Below, piece after piece: positions 40,219 through 51,146 of a stretch of 64,000 bases of DNA; positions within the stretch are counted from its first letter, which is position 1; each line of letters starts with the position of its first letter. Both the position numbers and the translations under genes were made by a program. The notes beneath the pieces are model-generated. The model saw nothing but the letters and a program-made list of their open reading frames with translations. It ran no database searches and was not told the DNA's origin. The stretch spans positions 107,448 to 171,447 of the forward strand of contig JAUCBJ010003773.1 of assembly GCA_032718475.1 (NCBI GenBank), given 5' to 3'. Source of the stretch: Nemertoderma westbladi (Eukaryota > Animalia > Xenacoelomorpha).

Positions 40219-40325
40219 AATCGGCAACCCGAGAATGTTGGGGCAACGGTACTTGGTATGTTAATCCTCAGAACAGAACCTGGTCCAATTACAGCGACTG
40301 TATCAACAGGCCTAGTGAAGATCAG
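40219..40325 (+). CDS. Class B1 GPCR exon (end of ECD)
   Basis: TTACAG/GTAGGT; KSATRECWGNGTWYVNPQNRTWSNYSDCINRPSEDQ (C-x3-G-x-W...WSNYS-x-C). Confidence 0.93.
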
Positions 40326-41214
40326 GTAGGTATTAGTGATGATGAGGAAACAGATCTATTGGGAAAATCGTAGAATTTGAGTTATTATATGATGTGAAAA
40401 ATTGTCTGCGCTTTCTGAATATCCATTTTCAGTTAAAAAGTTATGAGGGTTTAAATAAAGTCATTATTCAAAATTCTCAAATGGCATGTTGCCTGTTTAA
40501 GGGGGGTTGGGGGTAGTAACCCCCCACCCTTGTTAAAATTTTAGATTTTTTTAAATTTCATCTAGAGCAGAATTTAAGCAACATTCCAAATATGAAAACC
40601 ATTTAGCAGGATCTGTCTTACTTCTCGAGATATGGATGTCTGTCCGTTTTACTGTCGGTCTGTCCGTCAGTATGTCTCCGAATCAATGGAATTCATACTA
40701 TCTGTCAAAAAATTGCCAATATGGGTTTTCTTGGTCTGTAACTTCATTCCTGATATCAGCATTCAATTCTTCCTGTCTTCCTGTCGTTCCTGTCTGTAAG
40801 CCTGTCAGTCTGTCCGTCAAAATATAACCGACAACCTGACAGCCAAACAGACAATTTGGAAGTTATCAAATGTTAAAATTGACACTCGAAATGGATTCTA
40901 CGTCCCTGAAAACCCCCAGAGCTAAACCTTTAGCTAGAATATCTGTCCTTTACTTATATTTGACGGCAGATTATCGGATAGTCAGAAAAACCGACAGACA
41001 GACAAACAGACTAACTAGATTTCGTTAAAAATGAAAACTGACCTCATAAATGAAATCAACCACCAGGAAAACCGCCATAGTTAAAATCTTAGCATGGTTT
41101 TGTGCTTTCTTGTTGCTAGATATATATTGACAGCCATAATCACATGTCGAAACCGGACGTCGAGCTAGGGGACTACCCTCGATATTAAACCTTAAATATT
41201 AAATATTCAACCCA

Positions 41215-41251
41215 GCTTATATATTTCTGCCCCTAGGGCCATCTTCAGAGC
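41215..41251 (-). ncRNA. Minimal type I hammerhead ribozyme motif
   Basis: GCU-CUGAAGA-UGGCCCUAGGGGCA-GAAA-UAUAU-A-AGC: 3-bp stem I, conserved core, stem II with one mismatch, palindromic stem III; located at a PLE 3' end. Confidence 0.65.
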
Positions 41252-41699
41252 ACCAATTCAACAATAAAAACCAACAGCAAGACTGGCCCTACATACAGAA
41301 ATTCTACAGTACCAAACAGAAGGCTAAAGCAAACCAAATATAGAAGATTAATGTTTCCACTACACGTTTCAACCAGACGTTTTCTTTCTGGTAGGCCAGT
41401 TGCCTATATTCTACAATTAATAGTCCAACCAACTGTACAGCAGTGCAACGTGTACAAATGTACCGTCAGTTAAATGCTGCACTACTGTCATGTAGTACAA
41501 ACTCCCTCCCTCAGTCTATAAATAATGACCTACGCGTAGGCTCGGCCGATATACTGTAGCCAGCGTACCTTATTGCACAATACTATATCTACTGCACCAA
41601 ATACCCTTAACATTACCATAATTATTTTTGTACCTCCTCGACCATAGTAACCGCAAAAAATAACTATTAAACAAAACCGTTATCACTTACATAAATCAG

Positions 41700-43975
41700 A
41701 ATTACTAATATCACATTACTGAACGCGACGCTAGGAAACTGAAGCTAACTACTAAACAAAACTATATCAACAGCCTCACTTTACTAACATAGATCAGAAG
41801 TTAAATATTCCCTTAGTGTATGTACGCGACCGTATTATTTAACATAACTCAGAAACTGTATCACATTACTGTACGCGACCGTAGGAAACCGTAAAATAAC
41901 GATTAAACAGAAACTATATCAACAGCACCATTATTACATAACATAAACCAAAATTAATACCACATTACTGTACGCAGCCATAGAAACCGTAAAATAACGA
42001 TTAAACTGAAACTATATCAACAGCACCATTATTACATAACATAAACCAAAATTAATACCACATTACTGTACGCGACCGTAGGAAACCGTAAAATAACGAT
42101 TAAACTGAAACTATATCAACAGCACCATTATTACATAACATAAACCAAAATTAATACCACATTACTGTACGCAACCATAGAAACCGTAAAATAACAATTA
42201 AACTGAAACTATATCAACAGCACCATTATTACATAACATAAACCAAAATTACTGCCACATTACTGTACGCAACCATAGAAACCGTAAAATAACAATTAAA
42301 CTGAAACTATATCAACAGCACCATTATTACATAACATAAACCAAAATTAATACCACATTACTGTACGCGACCGTAGGAAACCGTAAAATAACGATTAAAC
42401 TGAAACTATATCAACAGCACCATTATTACATAACATAAACCAAAATTAATACCACATTACTGTACGCAGCCATAGAAACCGTAAAATAACAATTAAACTG
42501 AAACTATATCAACAGCACCATTATTACATAACATAAACCAAAATTAATACCACATTACTGTACGCGACCGTAGGAAACCGTAAAATAACGATTAAACTGA
42601 AACTATATCAACAGCACCATTATTACATAACATAAACCAAAATTAATACCACATTACTGTACGCAACCATAGAAACCGTAAAATAACAATTAAACTGAAA
42701 CTATATCAACAGCACCATTATTACATAACATAAACCAAAATTAATACCACATTACTGTACGCGACCGTAGGAAACCGTAAAATAACGATTAAACTGAAAC
42801 TATATCAACAGCACCATTATTACATAACATAAACCAAAATTAATACCACATTACTGTACGCAGCCATAGAAACCGTAAAATAACAATTAAACTGAAACTA
42901 TATCAACAGCACCATTATTACATAACATAAACCAAAATTAATACCACATTACTGTACGCGACCGTCGGAAACCGTAAAATAACGATTAAACTGAAACTAT
43001 ATCAACAGCACCATTATTACATAACATAAACCAAAATTAATACCACATTACTGTACGCGACCGTAGGAAACCGTAAAATAACGATTAAACTGAAACTATA
43101 TCAACAGCACCATTATTACATAACATAAACCAAAATTAATACCACATTACTGTACGCGACCGTAGGAAACCGTAAAATAACGATTAAACTGAAACTATAT
43201 CAACAGCACCATTATTACATAACATAAACCAAAATTAATACCACATTACTGTACGCAACACATTACTGTACGCAACCATAGAAACCGTAAAATAACAATT
43301 ATCAACAGCCCCATTATCACATAACATAAACCAAAATTAATACCACATTAGTTTACCAATTAATACCACATTACTGTACGCAGCCATAGAAACCGTAAAA
43401 TAACGATTAAACTGAAACTATATCAACAGCCCCATTATTACATAACATAAACCAAAATTAATACCACATTAATTTACCAATTAATACCATTAGTACGCAA
43501 CCATAGAAACCGTAAAATAACAATTATCAACAGCCCCATTATTACATAACATAAACCAAAATTAATACCACATTAATTTACCAATTAATACCATTAGTAC
43601 GCAACCATAGAAACCGTAAAATAACAATTATCAACAGCCCCATTATTACATAACATAAACCAAAATTAATACCACATTAATTTACCAATTAATACCACAT
43701 TACTGTACGCAACCATAGAAACCGTAAAATAACGATTAAACTGAAACTATATCAACAGCCCCATTATTACATAACATAACCCAAAATTAATACCACATTA
43801 CTGTACGCAACCATAGAAACCGTAAAATAACAATTATACTGAAACTATATCAACAGCACCATTATTACATAACATAACCCAAAATTAATACCACATTACT
43901 GTACGCAACCGTAGGAAACCGTAAAATAACGATTAAACTGAAACTATATCAACAATATCGAACTATATCGACGGC
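41700..43975. repeat. 98/99-bp tandem array (~22 units) within the Penelope 3' region
   Basis: Units start CACATTACTGTACGC at 41862, 41961, 42059, 42158...; two variants (GCGACCGTAGGAAA versus GCA[G/A]CCATAGAAA). Confidence 0.95.
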
Positions 43976-44037
43976 ACCAGTATTACCCATATAGTTCAAA
44001 ACTAAGGAGTCCCTCTTTCCCTTCTCCGAACCCGTTC

Positions 44038-44634
44038 CTAGACTACCGGTTGCATTTTGTTTAATGCTGGTTTGTACTTCCTAATGTAGTTCGCTTCCGC
44101 ATGCACCCTGTCCCCGTCCCTCGTGAAGCCTCGGAAAATCGTTACACGCATATCTCCCAACTCGCACCAACGGAAGTGCTCGATGAGTAGATGTTCCTCT
44201 CTCTCTCCGTATTCGAGTCCCATTGCAGCGGGACCTCTGTACTTCTTTATCATAGCCCTGTGCCCGTTCATTCGGTCCCTCAGTTTTTGTCTGGTCTGCC
44301 CTATGTAATATTGCTCTTCATGTTTCTCGCAGGTGATTATGTATAACACATCCGTTGAGACACATGTGTAGAACCCCCGGATTTTATCTCCCCATGGTGT
44401 CTCTGCCATATCGTGGATGATGGGACATGTCTCGCAACGCGTTGAGGTGCCGCACTTAGCATTTCCCCTTCGTTGTTGTGTCTTCCTCTTCTTTATTAAT
44501 CGTTGTCCGAGATTCAGACCGCTCCTTCTTAACACCGCCACTTTAAAGCGAAAGTTTATTAACCGTCGTTTATAGTTTGAGACTACCCTTGATATGGTCT
44601 CTCCAAATGGTCCCGGTACAGTTAAATATACCAT
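44038..44634 (-). CDS. Penelope GIY-YIG endonuclease with upstream Cys-rich linker
   Basis: CGTSTRCETC; VLYIITC...YYIGQT...LRDRMNGHR; same frame as RT, separated by one TGA at 44668-44670. Confidence 0.9.
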   Translation of the reverse strand: MVYLTVPGPFGETISRVVSNYKRRLINFRFKVAVLRRSGLNLGQRLIKKRKTQQRRGNAKCGTSTRCETCPIIHDMAETPWGDKIRGFYTCVSTDVLYIITCEKHEEQYYIGQTRQKLRDRMNGHRAMIKKYRGPAAMGLEYGEREEHLLIEHFRWCELGDMRVTIFRGFTRDGDRVHAEANYIRKYKPALNKMQPVV

Positions 44635-44667
44635 CTTCTCTTTCTTATCAACTATCTTTCTCTCTAT

Positions 44668-47289
44668 TCAACACTCTATCTTTCTTAGCTCTTCCCTCGA
44701 CTTATTCCTCAGCGATTCCAATGCCGCTACCGGATATCCAGATATCGCGCAATCTGTCAAATACCGGTCTCTAACAGCTTCATAATCATTGTCTTTACTG
44801 GACAGCCTGTTAAACCGTAACAGCTGCCCTCTTGCGGTTGATATTAGCATTTCCTTATCATGTCCGCTGGCGAACGGTATCGGTAACTTCCCCGATAATG
44901 GCTTGAAGTATACCCTTGTCTTTATAACTCCATCTTCTTCATCGTGGTACAAAGTCAAGTCGAGAAATACTGATTCATGAAAATCGAAATCGAAAGTAAA
45001 TTTTATGCTGTCATTTCCAAATACTTCCATACATACATTATTGTACATTTTCTTTATTGCGTCTTTCACCGAGTTAGACAGCTTTGTTGGAAATATAGAT
45101 TCTGCATCATCGACGAACGATTTAAAATATATGGCGGAAAACATGTTCACCAGGTCCACCCGTTTGTGTAACATGTTCACGGTTAATACAGCTATCCCTT
45201 TACCAGCTGGGACTCCCATCCCGACGCCTTTATTGAGCACGTAAAACTTCTCCTCGAACTCGAAATACGTGTGCTCCATCACAAAGGTTACCATAGCTAC
45301 AATCTGCTCAATGCTGTATCCTGAAAGTTCTAGAATATCTTCATTCTCAAGTAATGCCTGAGTTACAGCTTGTACCGCGTCCTCTAACCTTACTGACGGG
45401 TACATATCTACTACGTCCATCGCTAGGAACGTGACTTCGTTGAGTTTCCTTTTGGGCAACGACATCTTCGCATCCGCCGAATCTCGTATGAAATGGGACA
45501 TTCTCTGTAAGAGTGGTTCCAGAATTGTATTCAAAAGTTTCCCTATTCTCTCTATGACGGTCCCAGTGGCTGAAATTATTATACGCATTTTGGGCGCTAC
45601 ACCTCCTCCACCCCAATCCACCCACTCCCGGCGATCCTTATGATCTTTGGGTAACGGAAATATGTATCCATTCTCTGGGTATCTCGGCACCAAATAACTG
45701 CGTAGTTCCTTGCTCCCGATATCCAAGTCATCCAACATCTTCTTTAACTCGGCCCTGAATTTTCCCACTGGGCTTCCTTCTAGCCGCTTGTATTTATCAC
45801 TGTCGTCCAGAGATCTCCTGATCTCTCTCAATCTAATCTGGCTATCCACTATCACCACATTACCAGTCTTATCTCCCTTTAAGATCGATATATCCTCGTC
45901 ATCTCTTAAAGTCTTTAGATCTTTCAATTGATCTGTTGTGAGGTTTAAATCCCTTCTCGGTACTTGTGTCACCCTGTCGACCGCTTTGTGTAGATCCATT
46001 ATGAAACTCTCTACGATCTCGTTGTTTGATCTGGGGGTCACGTATCTGCATTTATGGGGGATTCTAAACTCGTTGTAATCCACCGGCTGGCAAATATCTG
46101 TCCTTTCTCCCCCTGGATCCCGTCTACCTGCCGGGACCCGCGGTGCTCTCCTCGTCACCCGTGCCCCACTCGACCTGACGGGAGTCGACGTGTCATACCC
46201 GCCCCCCTCTCCCTCTGTCTCTGACCCTGAACCCGTCCTCTCCCCGTTTCCCTGTGAGTCCCCTTGTTCATCCCTCCCCAACGCTCCCCTCTGGTCCGTA
46301 TCCCGTCGGTCGCCTGCTGGAACCGGTATGGTGTGTACTGGGCTAAACCCTACTGGTCTCTCGTTACAGTCGGGACCCCGGCCCCCACCCGACCCTGGTC
46401 GGTCACTTAGAAATCGTTCCTCTTCCTCGTCCCGTGGCTCGCCAAATAAATTCTTTGCAATTGCTTTGTGGCGCGTTTGAAACGTGTCAGTTCTCTGCTG
46501 GAAATCTACCTCGTCCGAACTGCTCTGCGTCCGGTCCACGATCTCGTCATCGAAAACCACCCGACCCGTAAACTCCGGCGTACAGTACAGCCCCTGTTGT
46601 CCCGCAACACCGTACCCCTGTACCCTTCCGTCAAGGACTACAGTTTCGTCCGCCTCCTCCGCTTTCCGGGCGTGGTATCGTAGGGTTGATGCCATACGAG
46701 AAATCGCCGTGTGGGCATCCATTATCTTCTCGTTGCCTATTCTGGTCTGTGGCACATATGTAAACCCTAGCGACAAAACTTCTTCCTCCCGTGTTGTTAG
46801 AGTTCTTCTCGACAGGTTCACACAGTTCTGTACTTTCCCGGTAGTCGTAAACCCGGTGTCCACTAACGGTCGCTTTCGAGCTCGTAGCGGATGCAGCCAC
46901 GCCGGTGTCCGGCTCCCATCCTGGCCCTGGCCGCGACTGGTTCCTATGGGACTCAGCGAGTTCAACTTCTTCTGTAAAATCTTGGTCCGATCTCTCGTCT
47001 CCGCTTCCCCTATCCTGTCGATCCAAAATGAAACGAACTTCCCTAAACAAACCCAGTCTTCTCCCGGTACTGAGTTTCTTATCCTATTGTGCAACAGTCT
47101 CGTTAAAGTGTTATAAGACCACATCCACCCTTGCCTCTCGCTCCTTAACTCCACATAGTAATCTCTTACGTCGTGACTTAGATTCTTTCTAATAAAATCT
47201 CTGGCTAAATCTAACCGAGTACGCGGTGTAATTCTCATACCCCTTCTAAGGTAGTTCGGCAATAATTCCCTTTCCCTACATTCTTTCAT
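44668..47289 (-). CDS. Penelope-type reverse transcriptase
   Basis: VLSLGFTYVP, KGDKTGNVVI, LPKDHK, RIIIS, MDVVDMYPSV, GVGMG, FVDD, FLDL, VYFKP. Confidence 0.92.
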   Translation of the reverse strand: MKECRERELLPNYLRRGMRITPRTRLDLARDFIRKNLSHDVRDYYVELRSERQGWMWSYNTLTRLLHNRIRNSVPGEDWVCLGKFVSFWIDRIGEAETRDRTKILQKKLNSLSPIGTSRGQGQDGSRTPAWLHPLRARKRPLVDTGFTTTGKVQNCVNLSRRTLTTREEEVLSLGFTYVPQTRIGNEKIMDAHTAISRMASTLRYHARKAEEADETVVLDGRVQGYGVAGQQGLYCTPEFTGRVVFDDEIVDRTQSSSDEVDFQQRTDTFQTRHKAIAKNLFGEPRDEEEERFLSDRPGSGGGRGPDCNERPVGFSPVHTIPVPAGDRRDTDQRGALGRDEQGDSQGNGERTGSGSETEGEGGGYDTSTPVRSSGARVTRRAPRVPAGRRDPGGERTDICQPVDYNEFRIPHKCRYVTPRSNNEIVESFIMDLHKAVDRVTQVPRRDLNLTTDQLKDLKTLRDDEDISILKGDKTGNVVIVDSQIRLREIRRSLDDSDKYKRLEGSPVGKFRAELKKMLDDLDIGSKELRSYLVPRYPENGYIFPLPKDHKDRREWVDWGGGGVAPKMRIIISATGTVIERIGKLLNTILEPLLQRMSHFIRDSADAKMSLPKRKLNEVTFLAMDVVDMYPSVRLEDAVQAVTQALLENEDILELSGYSIEQIVAMVTFVMEHTYFEFEEKFYVLNKGVGMGVPAGKGIAVLTVNMLHKRVDLVNMFSAIYFKSFVDDAESIFPTKLSNSVKDAIKKMYNNVCMEVFGNDSIKFTFDFDFHESVFLDLTLYHDEEDGVIKTRVYFKPLSGKLPIPFASGHDKEMLISTARGQLLRFNRLSSKDNDYEAVRDRYLTDCAISGYPVAALESLRNKSREELRKIEC

Positions 47290-48019
47290 AAATTACGTTT
47301 CGATTTAAGTTTCGATTTAATGTATAACCCTCTGAAGTCGGCTTGCCGCAACGTTAGTATAATCACATGTAACAGACAGTTTTCGCGCTCAGACTTAGGT
47401 TCAAACTTCAAAGTCAATTATCTCGGAAATTATTTTTTTCACACAAAAAACACTACTCCTCCGCCATTTCTTAACCCTTTTTTGTGACTTTTTATTTTTA
47501 TCAAAGGAAATTTAATAAGCTTTAATATTCTTCATCCACTTCGTTCCATTCTTCGTCCGTTTTTAAAGAAAAACATAAAAAAACGTGGATTTTTTCAATT
47601 TTGAAAAAATTTTGAATTTTTTTTACAAAATTGCCAATAATCAGAAATAGAAAATGAAAATAAAAAAAGCTGGAGAAAAAGAAATCATACGCCAGCCGCT
47701 AGGGGGCGCTAAATAAACAATTGTTTTATTTACTTTAGTTAATTGTCTTTTCGATGGTATATAGTTTTCTGCGCATTTTTCAACCATATTGGAGATATAA
47801 ACAAATTAAAAAAAACACAAGGGGGGGGGGGGGGGGGGGGGGTTACCCACCCCTTAATTCAATAATTTTGATAGGTAGCTACGCAACCTGTAACTAAATG
47901 ACACAGATCTTCTACAGGGTGAGATTTCCAAGTTTAACGATTTTATGACAGTAACAAATGGGGCTGTTACCTTCATGGATTTATTTAACTATATATATGG
48001 GGCGCCGTTGCCGCTAAAA

Positions 48020-48750
48020 AGAAGTCAGAATAAATAAATGGAAGTGAGAACAGAGAAATGGAAGTGAGAAATAATAAATGGAAGTCAGAACAGAGAAAAG
48101 GAAGTCAGAAAATGGAAGTGAGAAAAACGAAGTGAGAAAATGGAAGTCAGAATGAAGAAATGGAAGTCAGAAAAGAGAAATGGAATTCAAAAAATGGAAG
48201 CCAGAAAGTGGAAGTCAGAAAATGGAAGTCAGAAAAAAGAAATGGAAGTCAGAACAGAGAAATGGAAGTGAGAAATAATAAGTGGAAGTCAGAACAGAGA
48301 AAAGGAAGTCAGAAAATGGAAGTGAGAAAAACGAAGTGAGAAAATGGAAGTCAGAATGAAGAAATGGAAGTCAGAAAAGAGAAATGGAATTCAAAAAATG
48401 GAAGCCAGAAAGTGGAAGTCAGAAAATGGAAGTCAGAAAAAAGAAATGGAAGTCAGAACAGAGAAATGGAAGTGAGAAATAATAAGTGGAAGTCAGAACA
48501 GAGAAAAGGAAGTCAGAAAATGGAAGTGAGAAAAACGAAGTGAGAAAATGGAAGTCAGAATGAAGAAATGGAAGTCAGAAAAGAGAAATGGAATTCAAAA
48601 AATGGAAGCCAGAAATTGGAAGTCAGAAAATGGAAGTCAGAAAATGGAAGTGAGGAAAAATAAATGGAAGTCAGAAAATGGAAGCCAGAAAGTGGAAGTC
48701 AGAAAATGGAAGTGAGGAAAAATAAATGGAAGTGAGAAAAAATAAATTTG
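48020..48750. repeat. Purine-rich satellite of AATGGAAGT[C/G]AGAA subunits with 204-bp higher-order repeat (x3)
   Basis: Marker ATAATA recurs at 48071, 48275 and 48479. Confidence 0.92.
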
Positions 48751-48769
48751 AAATGAATAAATGCAATTG

Positions 48770-48962
48770 AAATTATTCATATTTCGCTATATTATTCCTT
48801 ATTACTATTACTAATAGGAATTTAATTAGTTTATTATATTAGTAATAGTAATAAGGAATAATATAGCGAAATATGAATAATTTATTAAATTAATATATAA
48901 AATAGTATTTATTTAGGTAATACAAATTTTGTATTTCCTAAATAAATACTATTTTATATATT
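48770..48962. repeat. Two adjacent AT-rich palindromes
   Basis: Perfect 47-bp arms 48770-48816 / 48837-48883; 35-bp arms with one mismatch 48892-48926 / 48928-48962. Confidence 0.95.
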
Positions 48963-49459
48963 CCTTGATTGAATACCTCTTCCAATTATCTGTAAGGACA
49001 CTGGATATCTCCCTATACCCAATATCGATTTCAATGACTGAGTATGCTATGCTAGGAACAACACTTACCTGGATCGTGAGAGTGCTTTAAAGGGCAGCTG
49101 CATCAACTTGTGTCCCATGTTGGATTCTTCAAGTAACTTCAGATATGGTTAGAGGCCACGGCACGAGTTAGAGGCCAATATGTATCTCCCATGTGTGTGG
49201 TGATTATTATGTGTGTTAGGATATCTGGGATGGTGGAGGTGGAAAGATCATGAAACAAATGAAAGTAGAAACCGCCTGAAGTCTTATGTCATTAAACCCC
49301 AAGAGACGAAATACCAGTAAGCATATGTGGCGATATTATTAGTTAGGGGCTGGTATTATGCTACTGTAGCAGTGTTTGGTGTGCAAAAGCAAAAGTCACA
49401 AGTATTTAATTTTTATAATATATTATTGGTGTTTTGGGTGAATGAGTGCTTTCATATTA

Positions 49460-50815
49460 TTATAACTTTCGATGAGCACAGCTTTGCAAAGTTAGCAATG
49501 ACGTCCAGGTGGGATCGAACTGGTGACCTCCACGTTGGAAGACTGGCGCTCTAATCATTCGCGGCTCAAACGCAGGAGCCGCTAGAGGAATGGTTAGAGC
49601 GTCAGATTTCCAATCTGGAGGTCACCAGTTCGATCCCACCTGAACGTCATTGCTGACTTTGCAAAGCTGTTACCAACGACAGGGGCGGTTCAAGGATTTT
49701 GCTTGGGGGGGGGGGGGGGGGGGGGTCAAAATATTTAATTTGCTGAGGTCAATTTGGCTGAGGTAAATGGCTCCACGCAAGCAGCGGAGTCCAATCTGGA
49801 CACGTTTATAAACGCCAGCTTTAAATCTTTACATTCCCAACAACAACTTTGTCTAAACCCGTCTACTCTAATTATCTAATTATTTAGTTAATGGAAGGGT
49901 CGCAGCCGTCAGCTGGTGGTAACCCGTATCGTTCCAAAGATGTGGAGGAGAGACGCGACGTGTGTGGCACTCCTTTCCATTAATTTGTAATGATATCGTT
50001 TATTGTTTTGGTTAGTTAGGTTTCGGTATGGATGGAGATGGTGTTCTGTGCAATAAAATAATTATCTTATATTTAATTATTTAAGAGGCAATAAATATAC
50101 TTTAGTATTTTTAGCCGCACAAACTTTCATAACATGTGTGGTAGTGGAAAATATTGAAGAATTAAATGACAGACTGAGTTTAATTTGACTTAAATGCAAT
50201 GGGCCATTATTTATATTTTTAACCCTGTTGAAAATTATAAATTCAGACTATTTTAATTGCAAAGTTATATTACAGTATATTAAGAAATTTACTGCTTAAA
50301 TTTACTTGCACATGCCTTAAACCACAAAGCCACTGAACTTACCAATGGAGATATTTCTAGTGACCATACCATGGATCAATTGCAGGAGACAGCCGCCCCT
50401 CCCCCTCCCTTCTGCACGCCACTGCACGGTGTCGAAGACGTTTCGGAAACAAGCTACAGTTCGTCGCAGCCCCCAATGAAAAAAAAAAAATAAACAAAAA
50501 AATATTAAAATAAATTATTATACTTTGAAAAAATTTCCCGATTTTTTCCCGAATTCCCAAAGTTCCAGAATTTTACAAAAATATCAGAGTGTTTTATAAT
50601 GGAGACCGCCGGGTAGTAACTAAATTTTGAAAAAATATAGAAGTCTTTTCCCAGAGAAGTCTGTTTTCGAGCAAAAGTCGGTACCCACTGGTACGGATTT
50701 GCCACATTGCCTTTCGCTAGGGATGGGGCAACCCCCCCCAAGATACCTGGGGAGGGCAAATGCCCCTTTGCCCCCCCCCCCCCCTAGAACCGCCACTGAC
50801 CAACGAAAGTTATAA
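49460..50815. other. Head-to-head inverted pair of tRNA-like cassettes (right arm split by a hAT MITE)
   Basis: Left arm 49460-49567 (minus) and right arm 49576-49679 plus 50807-50815 (plus) share TG[G/A]TTAGAGCG...TTCCAA..TGGAGGTCACCAGTTCGATCCCACCTG.ACGTCATTGCT.ACTTTGCAAAGCTGT...CGAAAGTTATAA; 8-bp spacer. Confidence 0.85.
49680..50798. mobile_element. hAT-type MITE
   Basis: TIRs CAG[G/T]GGCGGTTC[A/T]AGG; 8-bp TSD ACCAACGA at 49672-49679 and 50799-50806. Confidence 0.9.
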
Positions 50816-51045
50816 GTATATCATTGACACTATTAAACATGGATGGAGATGTTGTCGACTTCAACCGATTCACAACCATATGCAATGTAGACCTCTAGCC
50901 TGAACAGACGTGATGACCAACCTATTATTTTCTCAAGGACACTGGATACGAGCAATATTAAAAGTCCACGTCCATCTCACTAAAAAACACGTTCCAATAT
51001 ATATCGCTAATTACAATAATAAATAGTTTCAACCGTTAATTACAG

Positions 51046-51146
51046 ATGGGTGATCATTATAGAAGAGTTACTAAAGTTATGGAAACTGGTTACACACTTT
51101 CGATCATATGCGTGATCCTCGCGATAGGAATATTCTTGTACTTCAG
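51046..51146 (+). CDS. Class B1 GPCR exon (TM1)
   Basis: TTACAG/GTTAGC; MGDHYRRVTKVMETGYTLSIICVILAIGIFLYFR (GYxxS...IFxYFR). Confidence 0.93.

Larger units (their letters stand above)
41148..47358 (-). mobile_element. Penelope-like element (Neptune-type), ~6.2 kb
   Basis: RT plus GIY-YIG coding region, long 3' region with tandem array and hammerhead motifs; 12-bp direct repeat ATAATCACATGT at 41136-41147 and 47359-47370. Confidence 0.9.
40501..47853. mobile_element. TTAA-flanked non-autonomous DNA element (Kolobok-like termini) hosting the Penelope insertion
   Basis: TTAA at 40497-40500 and 47854-47857; imperfect inverted ends GGGG..GTAACCCCCC..CCTTG. Confidence 0.5.

Noticed and set aside
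41860-41900. Hammerhead-like CTG...GAAAC within each 98/99-bp unit
   Set aside because: The CUGANGA core is absent (CTGTACG) and the stems are not convincing.
41700-43975. CRISPR-like appearance of the regular array
   Set aside because: Units are contiguous with no unique spacers, there are no cas genes, and the context is eukaryotic.
47330-47358. Plus-strand hammerhead-like CTGAAGTCGGCTTGCCGCAACGTTAG
   Set aside because: Both core boxes are mutated and the opposite strand reads as a plausible frameshifted extension of the PLE ORF.
49576-49650. Functional tRNA gene (Gly-TCC-like loop)
   Set aside because: Acceptor and T stems do not pair properly; treated as a tRNA-derived cassette.
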